A DNA stretch of 64,000 bases from an uncultured Alphaproteobacteria bacterium (lineage in GTDB: Bacteria; Pseudomonadota; Alphaproteobacteria; JAJFIK01). The position numbers were made by a program, and so were the translations under genes. Under the pieces are notes generated by a model. The model was not told the origin of the DNA and ran no database searches. It was given only the letters and a program-made list of their open reading frames with translations. Positions 44,610-54,542 of this stretch are shown here, piece after piece. Numbering within the stretch: position 1 is the first letter of the stretch; every line of letters starts with the position of its first letter. The DNA lies in the NCBI GenBank assembly GCA_964522525.1, contig CAZFWG010000001.1, positions 36,341 to 100,340 on the forward strand, read 5' to 3'.

Positions 44610-46247
44610 ATGACGGTGTTGATCCGTATCGTTGCGGTATCGTGCCTGCTGCATGTTTTTTTGAGCATCGCTCCGGCCGCCTGGGCGCGGACCGGCACGG
44701 AGGGTTTCGTCAGCGTCGATGGACGGCTCGCCTTCAATGCGGATGGCATGGTTTCCGGTCGCCATGAAATCAGGGTCAATGTTCACGGTAAGGACATCAA
44801 GCGCGGCATCTTTTTGAATTTTCCCCGCCATCTCGGCCGGATCTCCAATGTCATGGTTACCCGCGATGGAGCGCGGGAGCCTTTTTTCTGGGCGGGCGGT
44901 GGCAAAAGGGACCTGCGCACCGGCACCAAAGATGTCCGTCTTGAGCCCGGCCTCCACGACTATGTCATCACCTATCGGATCAAGCGTCCTTTCGCACCGG
45001 GCCCGTCCGGCGCGCCGATGTTCCGCTGGCGTCCTTTCATGCTGGACAGCGACCTGCCCTGGGAGCGGGCGTCCCTGGACGTGACATGGCCGGCAGGCAT
45101 GGCGCCTGAAGGGATGAGCCCGGACGCGCAAAACATCGCCTACCGATGGCGGGGGTCTTTGGGTGGTCCCGGCGATGGCGATGTCCTCAGCGGGTCGGTG
45201 AGCTTGGTCTGGGCAGCGGGCACCTTCCCCGAAATCGCCTTTCAGACTGTCGGCCACAGCCGGCCGCTGCGCTATGGCGCGCCGTCCTTGGCTTTGCTCA
45301 TCCTCCTGGTCTTCCACTTGACCTGGCGGGCCGTCGGCCGTGACCGCCGGCCCGGTGTCATTCAGATCGAAGGGGAGGTGCCGGCCGGCATTTCACCGGC
45401 CGCCGCGCGCTATATCCGGCGCATGCGATCGGATCTGACCACCAATCTGACCGCCCTTGTCAGTCTCACGACAAAAGGGGCCATCTCCCTGGAGCGGACA
45501 GACCGTGAGCTGACGATTCGCGATATCGGCGGTTCCCGCGAGCAGGGCGCGTCGATCGAGGAAAGAGCGCTCGTCAAGGCGCTTTTTGAACGGGGGCCGC
45601 AAGTGACCGTCCGGCCGGGAAAGGGGCGGATCGGACGGGCCTTCGGTCGCGTGGGTCAATCCTTGAGCGACCAATATCGGGGACGGATGTTCAAGCGGAA
45701 TCTGGGACCCTGGACATGGTGTGTGTTGTTGGTGGGGGCGCTCGCCATCTGGGTTGCCTTCCGGGTTGTTGCGCAGACCCAGCTCGATCGTCCGGACACG
45801 TTCGGCATCGCTCTGGGTATTGCCAGCGTGATGGCGGCGCAAATCGGCGGCCTTGCCTATCTGAACTATTTCAAGGCGCCGACGCGACAGGGCCGAGCCG
45901 TCATGGACCGGATCGAAGGCCTGCACCGCTATCTGGCTGAAGACAGCCCGTTGCGGGAAAGCGAGGCGACGGTCGACCATTTCTTCGAGCTTTTGCCCTA
46001 TGCCGTCGCTCTTGATGACGAGGAGGCCTGGGAGAAGCGGTTCGGTGATCATCTTCCGAGCTCGGATGAAAACACGGAAATGAGCGCCCTGCTGCGGTGG
46101 TACCGCGCCATCAGGGCGCGAGATGATGGGGCGGCCGCGACCCTGTCCGCGGCGATGATCCCGATCATGGCCGCCTCCACCGCATCAGGCTCCAGCAGTT
46201 CAAGCGGTTTTTCCGGCGGCGGGGGCGGATCGGCCGGCGGCTGGTAG
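44610..46247 (+). CDS. DUF2207 domain membrane protein
   Basis: N-terminal signal/TM, central TM pair, and a C-terminal Gly/Ser-rich tail SSSSSGFSGGGGGSAGGW characteristic of DUF2207. Confidence 0.65.
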   Translation: MTVLIRIVAVSCLLHVFLSIAPAAWARTGTEGFVSVDGRLAFNADGMVSGRHEIRVNVHGKDIKRGIFLNFPRHLGRISNVMVTRDGAREPFFWAGGGKRDLRTGTKDVRLEPGLHDYVITYRIKRPFAPGPSGAPMFRWRPFMLDSDLPWERASLDVTWPAGMAPEGMSPDAQNIAYRWRGSLGGPGDGDVLSGSVSLVWAAGTFPEIAFQTVGHSRPLRYGAPSLALLILLVFHLTWRAVGRDRRPGVIQIEGEVPAGISPAAARYIRRMRSDLTTNLTALVSLTTKGAISLERTDRELTIRDIGGSREQGASIEERALVKALFERGPQVTVRPGKGRIGRAFGRVGQSLSDQYRGRMFKRNLGPWTWCVLLVGALAIWVAFRVVAQTQLDRPDTFGIALGIASVMAAQIGGLAYLNYFKAPTRQGRAVMDRIEGLHRYLAEDSPLRESEATVDHFFELLPYAVALDDEEAWEKRFGDHLPSSDENTEMSALLRWYRAIRARDDGAAATLSAAMIPIMAASTASGSSSSSGFSGGGGGSAGGW

Positions 46248-46253
46248 ACCCGT

Positions 46254-47297
46254 TCAGGGAACCGTGGGGGCATGCAAGGGCGCCCGTTGCACCGCGACAT
46301 AGAGGGCATCGCTGGTCCAGGCGTCGGGCGCTGCATCCCAGGCATGAATTTCCGTCGGCACATGATCCGGGCGGAAACCACAGGCACCCCAGGCGTGGAG
46401 GGCGCCGTCGCGCCCGACCCGGCAGTCGGGCCGTCCAATGTCCCAGCGGACGCCCTTCTGATAGAGCGCACCCGTGTCCACATTCGGCGATGCATCGACC
46501 GCATAGGTGACACTTGTCACCGCCCCGGCGGGTGCGACCACGCGGAACGCGTGCTCAAGGGCCGCCGCGAAGGGCAGCGCCACCACGACGATATCAAAGG
46601 GCCCATCGCCCAGATCTTCCGGGGTTTCGCTGACCCGGGCGCCGTAGCTCCTGGCCAGATCGCGGCGCCGATGATCCGGGTCCGAATAGGCCACATCGCC
46701 CGCGCCCAGGCTCACCGCCAATCCGGCCGCATAAAGACCGATCGTGCCCGGCAGGCCACTGATCACGAGGACCGTGCCGCCCGGTCTTTCCCGTAATTGG
46801 GGGGCGACGGCGCGCCAGGCGTCGGTTGCCATGTCCGACGCGCCGATCAGTTGGGCCGGATCCTTGACCGGGGGCAGGGCGCTCAGCATGCCATCGGCGA
46901 AGGGCACACGGACGAGATCGGCCACGCCGCCGCCAAATCCCCCCGCCCGGCCCATGCCATAGGATGCGCCGAAAGGCACGGATTGGCAGCGTCCCGTGGC
47001 GCCGCGCCGGCAGGCCGAACAGACGCCACAGGAAATCTGTGCAGGTACGAACACCTGCTGTCCGATGTGCCACTTGCGGGCGGCGTCTTCGCCGAGGTCG
47101 ACAATCTCTCCGATGATTTCATGGCCAATGGGCTCGCCCGAAGCCAGCGGCGCCAGGCCTGTGACATAGGCCACATCCAAATCGCATCGACCGGCGACAA
47201 TGGGTCGGATAAGGGCTTCGCCCGGTCCCTGAATCATGGGATCCACAACCTCACGCCATTCGAGGCGGCCCGCTTCAACGAAAACCAAATGTCTCAT
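46254..47297 (-). CDS. Zinc-binding alcohol dehydrogenase family protein (MDR superfamily)
   Basis: Catalytic Zn ligands GHEIIGE and structural Zn cluster CGVCSACRRGATGRC. Start at MRHLVFVE. Confidence 0.7.
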   Translation of the reverse strand: MRHLVFVEAGRLEWREVVDPMIQGPGEALIRPIVAGRCDLDVAYVTGLAPLASGEPIGHEIIGEIVDLGEDAARKWHIGQQVFVPAQISCGVCSACRRGATGRCQSVPFGASYGMGRAGGFGGGVADLVRVPFADGMLSALPPVKDPAQLIGASDMATDAWRAVAPQLRERPGGTVLVISGLPGTIGLYAAGLAVSLGAGDVAYSDPDHRRRDLARSYGARVSETPEDLGDGPFDIVVVALPFAAALEHAFRVVAPAGAVTSVTYAVDASPNVDTGALYQKGVRWDIGRPDCRVGRDGALHAWGACGFRPDHVPTEIHAWDAAPDAWTSDALYVAVQRAPLHAPTVP

Positions 47298-47485
47298 GGC
47301 TTTTTCTTCCCCAAGCCACGCATGGCGCCCTAGAAAAAAACGAATGAACCCACCATAAATCAATTAGTTAACACGAATATACCGACCGGTCTAGCACATT
47401 AAGAGACTGGCATATAATGGTCGCTTCACGGCAAAATCAGGGCATGGAAGTGACGGGGATAGCGTTAGCCAGTGGAGTCATCTCA

Positions 47486-48274
47486 ATGACCTATCAAACA
47501 ATGCGGCTCGACAAAGAAGCCGGCCTCGCGCGCATCACCTTTACGCGGCCTGATGCGGCGAATGCTGTGTCTCCGCAATTTGCCAAGGACCTGCTGGCGG
47601 CGGCCCGAAGCCTCCACTACGGATCCTCAGCGCGGGCCGTGCTCCTGGTTGCCGAGGGACCGGTCTTTTGTGCCGGCGGAGACCTCAAGACCTTCGCGGC
47701 GGCGGGCGCGGCGTTACCCCGTACCCTGAGCGCCATGATCGACGATCTTCATGCGGCGCTTCAGATCCTGGCGGAGTTGGACGCGCCGATCGTGGCGGCG
47801 GTCTCCGGGTCCGCGGGCGGGGCCGGCCTGTCCCTCGTGGCGATGAGCGATATCGTGATTGCCTCGGACAATGCCAAATTCGTCATGGCCTATACTGGGG
47901 CTGGTTTGTCCCCCGATGGCGGCTCGACCTGGTTCCTGCCGCGGGTTCTCGGCGTGCGTCGGGCGGCGGAGCTGATGCTGCTCAATCGTCCGCTTACGGC
48001 GCAAGAGGCTCTCGATTGGGGATTGATCACCCGCGTTGTCGCGGAGGATCAGTTGATGGGCGAGGCGGAAAAGACAGCGCAGCAATTGAGCCAGGGTCCC
48101 ACGCGGGCCTTTGGGCGGGTGCGTCATCTCCTGCAAAACACCTTCACCGGGTCCTTTGCCGATCAGCTGGCCCGGGAAAAGGCCAGCATTGTGGGCATGG
48201 CGGGCACCAAGGACGGCCAGGAAGGCATCCACGCCTTTGTCGAGAAGCGCAAGCCCAGCTTCACCGGACAATAA
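47486..48274 (+). CDS. Enoyl-CoA hydratase/isomerase family protein
   Basis: FTRPDAANAVS and VFCAGGDLK are present. Followed directly by a thiolase gene. Confidence 0.75.
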   Translation: MTYQTMRLDKEAGLARITFTRPDAANAVSPQFAKDLLAAARSLHYGSSARAVLLVAEGPVFCAGGDLKTFAAAGAALPRTLSAMIDDLHAALQILAELDAPIVAAVSGSAGGAGLSLVAMSDIVIASDNAKFVMAYTGAGLSPDGGSTWFLPRVLGVRRAAELMLLNRPLTAQEALDWGLITRVVAEDQLMGEAEKTAQQLSQGPTRAFGRVRHLLQNTFTGSFADQLAREKASIVGMAGTKDGQEGIHAFVEKRKPSFTGQ

Positions 48275-48352
48275 GGCCGGGGTTGGAATCCGCGTCCGCA
48301 CGGCCCATGCTGGGTCCCAATGGACCGGTTTGAAACAGGGGAGACGCCAGCC

Positions 48353-49588
48353 ATGCCTGACGCTTTGATTATTGACGCTTGCCGCACGCCTCGGGGTATC
48401 GGGAAACCGGGCAAAGGGGCCCTGACGGAAATCCACCCCCAGCAATTGGGCGCCGCGGTGCTCAAGGCGATTGCCGAGCGCAACAATATCGACACCGAGG
48501 CCGTCGAGGATGTCATCTGGGGTACCTCCTCCCAGCGGGGCACCCAATCCGGTGACCTGGGACGCATGGCCGCCCTTGATGCGGGCTACTCGATCAAATC
48601 GAGCGGCGTGACCCTGGATCGCTTCTGCGGTTCCGGCATCACCTCCGTCAATTTCGCGGCCCAGGCGGTCATGTCCGGCATGGAAGATCTCGTGGTGGCC
48701 GGCGGCACCGAGATGATGTCGCTCCATGGCCAGCATTCGAGCGGTCAGCCCCCGATGATGGATTCCGGCAATCTGCGTCTGCGTGCCCGACATCCCCAGA
48801 CCCAGCAGGGCGTGGCGGCCGATGCCATCGCCACCATTGAGGGCATCTCCCGCTATGCGGTGGATCAGCTCGCCTATGTCAGCCAGATGCGCGCCAAGCA
48901 CGCGATCGAGAACGGTCATTTCGACAAGGCGCTCGTGCCCGTCTATCACGAGGACGGACGGTTGGCGCTCGACAAGGAAGAGTTCCCGCGCCCGACCACG
49001 ACCTTGGAAGCGCTCGCCGCGCTCAAGCCCTCTTTTGAGCAGCTTGCGGATTTTCCCCTCAATGATGAAGGCCTGACCTACCGCCAGCTCGTGCTTGCGA
49101 AATACCCGGATCTTGAGATCACCCACATCCACACCCCCGGCAATTCCTCCGGCGTGGTCGATGGCGCGGCGGCCGTCCTGGTCGCATCCCCCGACTACGT
49201 CAAGGCCCATGGCTTGAAGCCCCGGGCGCGGGTCGTGGCCATGGCCAATATGGGCGATTGTCCCACCCTGATGTTGAATGCCCCCGTGCCGGCGGCCCGC
49301 AAGGTGCTGGAAAAGGCCGGGCTTTCGATCATGGACATCGATCTCTTCGAGATCAACGAGGCCTTCGGTGTGGTGGCCGAGAAATTCATCCGGGATCTGA
49401 ACCTGGATCGCGACAAAGTCAATGTGAATGGTGGGGCCATGGCGCTGGGCCATCCCATCGGCGCCACGGGCTCGATCCTGATCGGCACGATCCTCGATGA
49501 ACTGGAGCGGCGCGATCTCCATCGCGGCCTCGTCACCATGTGCGCCGCTGGCGGCATGGCGCCCGCAATTATCATCGAACGGGTCTGA
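48353..49588 (+). CDS. Acetyl-CoA C-acyltransferase (thiolase)
   Basis: Active-site Cys region DRFCGSGI and C-terminal NVNGGAMALGHPIGATG...CAAGGMAPA. GGGGAG RBS. Confidence 0.85.
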   Translation: MPDALIIDACRTPRGIGKPGKGALTEIHPQQLGAAVLKAIAERNNIDTEAVEDVIWGTSSQRGTQSGDLGRMAALDAGYSIKSSGVTLDRFCGSGITSVNFAAQAVMSGMEDLVVAGGTEMMSLHGQHSSGQPPMMDSGNLRLRARHPQTQQGVAADAIATIEGISRYAVDQLAYVSQMRAKHAIENGHFDKALVPVYHEDGRLALDKEEFPRPTTTLEALAALKPSFEQLADFPLNDEGLTYRQLVLAKYPDLEITHIHTPGNSSGVVDGAAAVLVASPDYVKAHGLKPRARVVAMANMGDCPTLMLNAPVPAARKVLEKAGLSIMDIDLFEINEAFGVVAEKFIRDLNLDRDKVNVNGGAMALGHPIGATGSILIGTILDELERRDLHRGLVTMCAAGGMAPAIIIERV

Positions 49589-49731
49589 GCGCGCCCCGAT
49601 CAAACCAGCCAAGGCCCGTCCTGATCTCCGTACAGGGCGGGTCTACGCACGTCCTGTGAGGCAACGCCTGGAGCCTTGGGGGGAGAGACAATGGCGTCTC
49701 GGAAAAATTCCTATCCGGAAGATCGGCATGT

Positions 49732-50127
49732 TCACGTCGCAGACAATATGTCCGTGTGCGTGAAATCATCGCCCTTGAACAGCAAGGGCCGGCCCGTCTC
49801 CTTGCTCAGCGCATAGGCAAAACAGTCTCCAAAATTGAGACCGGCGCGATGACGGCCCTTGCCGTATTGAGCATAAGCCATGCGGGCCAAACGGGTGTGG
49901 GAAAGGGTAACCGGCTCGATCCGGATGGCGCTTTCTTCCATGAAGGCTTCGAATTTCTGGACGGCGACAACGTTGTTCTTGCCGTCGATGCGAATGGCGA
50001 CCTCCTGGAAATTGACGGCCGACATGCAGCAATCTTCGGCCTGATCCAGGGCCTCGACGAAGAGGCGTGCTTCTTCTTCCTGGAACAGGATGGCCAGCAG
50101 CGCGGAGGCGTCGACGACGATTTTCAT
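49732..50127 (-). CDS. vapC: Type II toxin-antitoxin system VapC toxin (PIN domain)
   Basis: MKIVVDASALLA start with the first PIN acidic residue, and a C-terminal GDCFAYA region. 4-bp overlap with the upstream antitoxin gene. Confidence 0.8.
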   Translation of the reverse strand: MKIVVDASALLAILFQEEEARLFVEALDQAEDCCMSAVNFQEVAIRIDGKNNVVAVQKFEAFMEESAIRIEPVTLSHTRLARMAYAQYGKGRHRAGLNFGDCFAYALSKETGRPLLFKGDDFTHTDILSAT

Positions 50128-50414
50128 GATCGCGGTCGGGAAGACCCCTCCACCGGCAGACCCGTGTCGTCATAGAGGTCGGCATGGTCAGCCGATGTCT
50201 CGCCCTTGATGTCCAGAGCATCAGCGCAGTCCCGCGCCAGGGCCATGAGGCTGTCGACCCGGTCCTTGCGTGTCTTGGCTTTCGCTGCCCCTTCGACCCG
50301 GTCCAATTTCTCGCGGATCGCCGCACGGACGGCGTCGGTGATCGTGCTTCCAGTCAGCGCGGCCAGCCGTTTTGCCTCTTCATGGGCTTCCGGGTCTTTG
50401 ATGTTCAATGGCAC
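50124..50414 (-). CDS. vapB: VapB-family antitoxin (FitA/StbC-like ribbon-helix-helix)
   Basis: MPLNIKDPEAHEEAKRLAALTGSTITDAVRAAIREKL, 96 aa, immediately upstream of and overlapping vapC. Confidence 0.7.
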   Translation of the reverse strand: MPLNIKDPEAHEEAKRLAALTGSTITDAVRAAIREKLDRVEGAAKAKTRKDRVDSLMALARDCADALDIKGETSADHADLYDDTGLPVEGSSRPRS

Positions 50415-50486
50415 TGTCTGTTCCTCCTATCCTGAAAGAATGGAGGAAAGGTGTAAAAATTCAAGCCGTCTCAGCACTCGGGGTGT

Positions 50487-50912
50487 TCAAGGCGCCGGAT
50501 CGAGGCCGCCCTTGGCGCAGATATGGCGCCATTCCTCCGGGCTGATCGGCGTCACCGACAGACGGGACTGGCGCACCAGCGCCATTTCCGACAGGGCCGG
50601 GTCGGCCTTGATGTCGGCCAGGGTCACGGGGCTGGGCATGGGGCTGACGGCCTTCACGGTGACGAGCCCGAAGCGGCCGCTGGCATCCGTGGGGTCCGGG
50701 GCATATTCCTTGATCACTTCCACCACGCCGACGATCTGCTTCTCGTTCACGGAGTGATAGAAGAAGCCCAGGTCGCCCTTCTTCATGGCCTTCATATTGT
50801 TCGAGGCCTGATGGTTTCGGACACCGTCCCAGCCTTCGCCCTTGGCGCCCTTCTTGACCTGATCGTCCCAGGACCAGGTGCCGGGTTCCGATTTGAACAA
50901 CCAATAGGCCAT
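50487..50912 (-). CDS. EVE (PUA-like) domain protein
   Basis: MAYWLFKSEPGTWSWDDQ...GDLGFFYHS matches the EVE domain signature. Confidence 0.7.
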   Translation of the reverse strand: MAYWLFKSEPGTWSWDDQVKKGAKGEGWDGVRNHQASNNMKAMKKGDLGFFYHSVNEKQIVGVVEVIKEYAPDPTDASGRFGLVTVKAVSPMPSPVTLADIKADPALSEMALVRQSRLSVTPISPEEWRHICAKGGLDPAP

Positions 50913-51001
50913 GAACCTTTTCCTTTTCGCCGCCGTGGCCGGGCTTGTCAGCTTTCTCTAGGGTTACGGGCGGATTTCATCAAGGGCCCGCGACCCATTC
51001 A

Positions 51002-51607
51002 CTACCGCTTCAGTCCCGACTGCATCAGCCACAGTCCCACGAGTCGCGACACCAAGTCCGGCTGCCCCGTCACCCGCGCCTGGATCGTGGCCCCGTCGAG
51101 CACCGCGAGGCCGAGCCGGGCGTGGGTCAGCGCCTGGTCCCGTGGCGTGCCGGCCGCCATATCCGCCGTCGTCAGACGATCGAGGAGCTGGTCCGTGGCC
51201 TTTTCCAGGCTTGCGGCGACGGCCGGGGCATGGGGCACGGTTTCCTGCGCCAGGATCGTGTAGAGCGATCCGCGCATCCGGTCCGGCTTGCGCAAGCCGT
51301 CCGCCATGTGGGCCGCCAGTCCCAAAAGAAGGCCGTCGAAGCGGCAGCCCTCCGCCTCCAGATGATCGAGATGGTCCAGGATCTCCCGGGTCAACCATTC
51401 AAGCGCGGCAATGGCCAGCGCTTCCTTGCCGGCGGGGAAATGGTGGTAGAAGGATCCCTTGGGCGCCCCGGCCCGTTCCAGGATTTCGGTCAGGCCCGTG
51501 GCCGCATAGCCCTTCATCTGGAACAGGCCCAGTCCGGCGCGGATCAGGCGTTCCCGGGTCGGCGGTCGGGGGGATCGTTCTTCTTTTGCTGGGCGCGCTT
51601 CGGGCAT
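51002..51607 (-). CDS. TetR/AcrR family transcriptional regulator
   Basis: HTH LFQMKGYAATGLTEILERAGAPKGSFYHHF. Start at MPEARPA. Divergent from the SDR gene. Confidence 0.75.
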   Translation of the reverse strand: MPEARPAKEERSPRPPTRERLIRAGLGLFQMKGYAATGLTEILERAGAPKGSFYHHFPAGKEALAIAALEWLTREILDHLDHLEAEGCRFDGLLLGLAAHMADGLRKPDRMRGSLYTILAQETVPHAPAVAASLEKATDQLLDRLTTADMAAGTPRDQALTHARLGLAVLDGATIQARVTGQPDLVSRLVGLWLMQSGLKR

Positions 51608-51756
51608 GATGCCCCTATCTGTGCCTGAACCGGATGATCTGTCCAGCCCTCCCGGGGGGCCGTTCCCCGTCCCCTTGATGTCCGGGCGCGGACACCCGAC
51701 GTAATGGACGCAGGATGGCAGTCGGTGCTGGACGCCGCCAATCGAGGAGACAAGCC

Positions 51757-52500
51757 ATGACAAACAGCCTTCAGGGAAAAACCGCTTTCATCACCGGAGG
51801 CAGCCGTGGCATCGGCGCCGCCATTGCCAAACGCCTCGCGGGCGAGGGGGCGAATGTCGCGCTGACCTATAATGCCTCTCCCGGAGCGGCCGATGAGGTC
51901 GTCAAGGCGGTTGAGGCAGCGGGCGCGAAGAGCCTTGCCCTCAAGGCCGACTCGAATGACGCAGGCGCGGTCGCCGGTGCCGTGGCCCAGGCGGCCGAAC
52001 AGTTCGGCCGGGTCGACATCCTGGTCAACAATGCCGGCATTTTCACATTGGGCGGCGCCGGTCAGGCGACGCTCGATGATTTCGACCGTATAACGAATGT
52101 CAATGTGCGGGCGGTTTTTGCCGCCGTGTCCGAGGCCGTCAAGACCATGGGCGAGGGCGGCCGGATCATCACCATCGGCAGCGTCAATGCCGATCACATG
52201 CCCATCCAGGGCGGGGCTCTCTACGGCATGTCGAAGGCCGCCGTGCAGGCCTTGAGCCGGGGCTGGGCGCGGGATCTGGGTGAAAAGGGCATCACGGTCA
52301 ACACGGTTCAACCCGGTCCGGTGGACACGGACATGAACCCGGCCGAGGGCGACTTCGCCAATTTCCTGACCCAGATGACGGCGATCAAGCGCTATGGCCG
52401 CGCCGAGGAAATCGCCGGTCTCGTGGCCTATCTGGTGTCCCCGGAAGCGGCCAACATCACCGGCGCCACCATCGATATCGATGGTGGCATGACAATCTGA
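51757..52500 (+). CDS. SDR family oxidoreductase
   Basis: TGGSRGIGAAIA cofactor motif, NNAG, and catalytic YGMSKAA. GAGGAG RBS. Confidence 0.85.
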   Translation: MTNSLQGKTAFITGGSRGIGAAIAKRLAGEGANVALTYNASPGAADEVVKAVEAAGAKSLALKADSNDAGAVAGAVAQAAEQFGRVDILVNNAGIFTLGGAGQATLDDFDRITNVNVRAVFAAVSEAVKTMGEGGRIITIGSVNADHMPIQGGALYGMSKAAVQALSRGWARDLGEKGITVNTVQPGPVDTDMNPAEGDFANFLTQMTAIKRYGRAEEIAGLVAYLVSPEAANITGATIDIDGGMTI

Positions 52501-52525
52501 CCGGCCGCTCAGTGCTTGGGAGCGT

Positions 52526-54175
52526 TCACCCTGCGGATTGGGCCCGCACGTCGAGGCCCAGTTCGCGGACCTTGCGGTAAAGGGTCGAGCGGCCGATGCC
52601 GAGCCGGCGGGCCACTTCCGACATGTGCCCGGCATAGCGATCAATCGCCAGACGGATCATCTCGCCTTCAATGTCCTCAAGGCGGCGGACATGGCCCGTG
52701 TCGTCGACGATGCGGATCTGTTCGCCGTCTTCCTCCCCATCCACACCGTTCCCCGCCTCCGATAGGGCGGTGGCCAGACCGTTCGGCGGGAAGCCGGGCT
52801 GGTTTTGAGCCGCCGGCATGCCCATGCTGGTGGGATCGGCGGCACTCGGATGAGCTGCGGCCAGGGGCGTGGGACTCAAGGGCGCGGGCGAAAGAGGGGG
52901 CGAGGCGAGGGGCGCGGCCATCGGCGCCGCCGTGGTGACCGGGGTGGCCGTCGGTGCCGGTTGGGGCGCCGCGAGGCTGGCCATGGCCGATTGGGTGAAC
53001 TGGGCGATCTGGGGAAAATCGTCCACACCCAGAAGATCATTGTCGCACAGGACCACGGCGCGGAACACGGCGTTCTCCAACTGGCGAACATTGCCGGGCC
53101 AGTCATAGCGGCACAACAGCTCCAACGCGGCGGCGTCGAGACCGTTCAGCTTCTTGCCCTCTTCGGCGGCGAAACGCTTCACGAACATGGCGATCAGGTC
53201 GGGAATGTCCTGGGCGCGGTCCCGCAAGGGCCCCACATCGATGGGGAAGACATTCAGGCGATAGTAGAGATCCTCCCGAAACTCCCCATCCTGGGCCATG
53301 GTCAGCAGGTCCCGGTTGGTGGCCGAGATGAAGCGGATATCCACCTTGACCGGCTTTTTCGCACCGACCGGATCGATCTCGCCTTCCTGGAGCGCGCGCA
53401 GCAGCTTGACCTGCATGTCGAGGCGCAGCTCGCCGATCTCGTCCAGAAACAGGGTGCCGCCATTGGCTTCCTGGAATTTGCCCGCGTGCTTTTCCATGGC
53501 GCCCGTGAAGGCGCCTTTCTCATGGCCGAACAGAATGCTCTCCACGAGATTTTCCGGAATCGCGCCGCAATTGACCGTGACGAAGGGTTTGCCGGAGCGC
53601 TCGCTCTCGCCCTGAATCGCCCGGGCGATGACTTCCTTGCCGACGCCGCTTTCGCCGCCGATCAGAATCGGGATGTTCGAGGCCGCCGCGCGCTTGCCCA
53701 GGCGAATCACCTGCTGCATGGCCGGGCTTTTGGCCACGATGTCGTCGAAGGTCATCTTGCCCTTCTGACGTTTGGTCAGACGGGAGATCTCCGAACTCAA
53801 GGCATTGAGGCGCAGGGCGTTCTGGATCGAGACCTGGATGCGCTCGGGCGCGGCCGGCTTGACCATGAAGTCATCGGCGCCGGCGCGCATGGCGCTCACC
53901 ACGGTATCGATGCTGCCCTTGGCCGTGAGGACGATCACGGGCAGATGGGGCCGTTTGGGCTTGATGTCGCTCAAGACCGCGAGGCCGTCGACTTCGGGCA
54001 TCACCAGGTCGAGCAGGATCAGCGCGATATCGGGCCCTTGCGGGCCGTTCAGGATTTCCATGGCGTCCCGGCCGCCCCCGGCCTGCACCACTTTATGTCC
54101 AAGGCGGGTCACGACGCTTTCAATCAGGCGCCGTTGGGTCGGATCGTCGTCCACGATCAGGATGTTTTGGACCAT
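52526..54175 (-). CDS. Sigma-54-dependent response regulator (NtrC family: receiver, AAA+, HTH_8) with a ~120-aa Pro/Ala-rich linker before the HTH
   Basis: Receiver ILIVDDD...DLVMP. AAA+ Walker A GESGVGKE and GAFTGA sigma-54 contact motif. C-terminal Fis-type HTH SEVARRLGIGRSTLYRKV. ATG at 54175 with a GGGGA RBS. Confidence 0.8.
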   Translation of the reverse strand: MVQNILIVDDDPTQRRLIESVVTRLGHKVVQAGGGRDAMEILNGPQGPDIALILLDLVMPEVDGLAVLSDIKPKRPHLPVIVLTAKGSIDTVVSAMRAGADDFMVKPAAPERIQVSIQNALRLNALSSEISRLTKRQKGKMTFDDIVAKSPAMQQVIRLGKRAAASNIPILIGGESGVGKEVIARAIQGESERSGKPFVTVNCGAIPENLVESILFGHEKGAFTGAMEKHAGKFQEANGGTLFLDEIGELRLDMQVKLLRALQEGEIDPVGAKKPVKVDIRFISATNRDLLTMAQDGEFREDLYYRLNVFPIDVGPLRDRAQDIPDLIAMFVKRFAAEEGKKLNGLDAAALELLCRYDWPGNVRQLENAVFRAVVLCDNDLLGVDDFPQIAQFTQSAMASLAAPQPAPTATPVTTAAPMAAPLASPPLSPAPLSPTPLAAAHPSAADPTSMGMPAAQNQPGFPPNGLATALSEAGNGVDGEEDGEQIRIVDDTGHVRRLEDIEGEMIRLAIDRYAGHMSEVARRLGIGRSTLYRKVRELGLDVRAQSAG

Positions 54176-54542
54176 GCTGTCCCCGGTCAATCAGATGTGA
54201 GCCCCCATCGGTCCTGACGCATCCCGGCTGCCCAAACCTTAAGGCTCGGCGCCGAGCGGCCACGGCCGACAAGCGCGCCCAACCCCTTAGAAGGCGCCAA
54301 ACTCATCGGTTACGTCCATCGCACGCTTGGTGGCGGAGACTGTTGTCTCGAATTGGTAAAGAGGGGATTAACCGGTGACCCGAAACGGAACGCTTACGCG
54401 TGTAGCATGGTGGTAGCGACACGTTCATGGTGTGGCCATCAGGGGCATCAGGCAGGCTGCGTCAGCGCCGATCGATGCCTGATCCAGATCTTCATGGTAG
54501 GGATGAGAAAACGATCTCCCCTCAAGAATAAGGAGCCTGCCC

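Noticed and set aside
47714-49612. 632-aa ORF on the minus strand
   Set aside because: Antisense to the well-supported enoyl-CoA hydratase and thiolase genes.
52805-54217. 470-aa plus-strand ORF
   Set aside because: Antisense to the sigma-54 activator. No recognisable domains.
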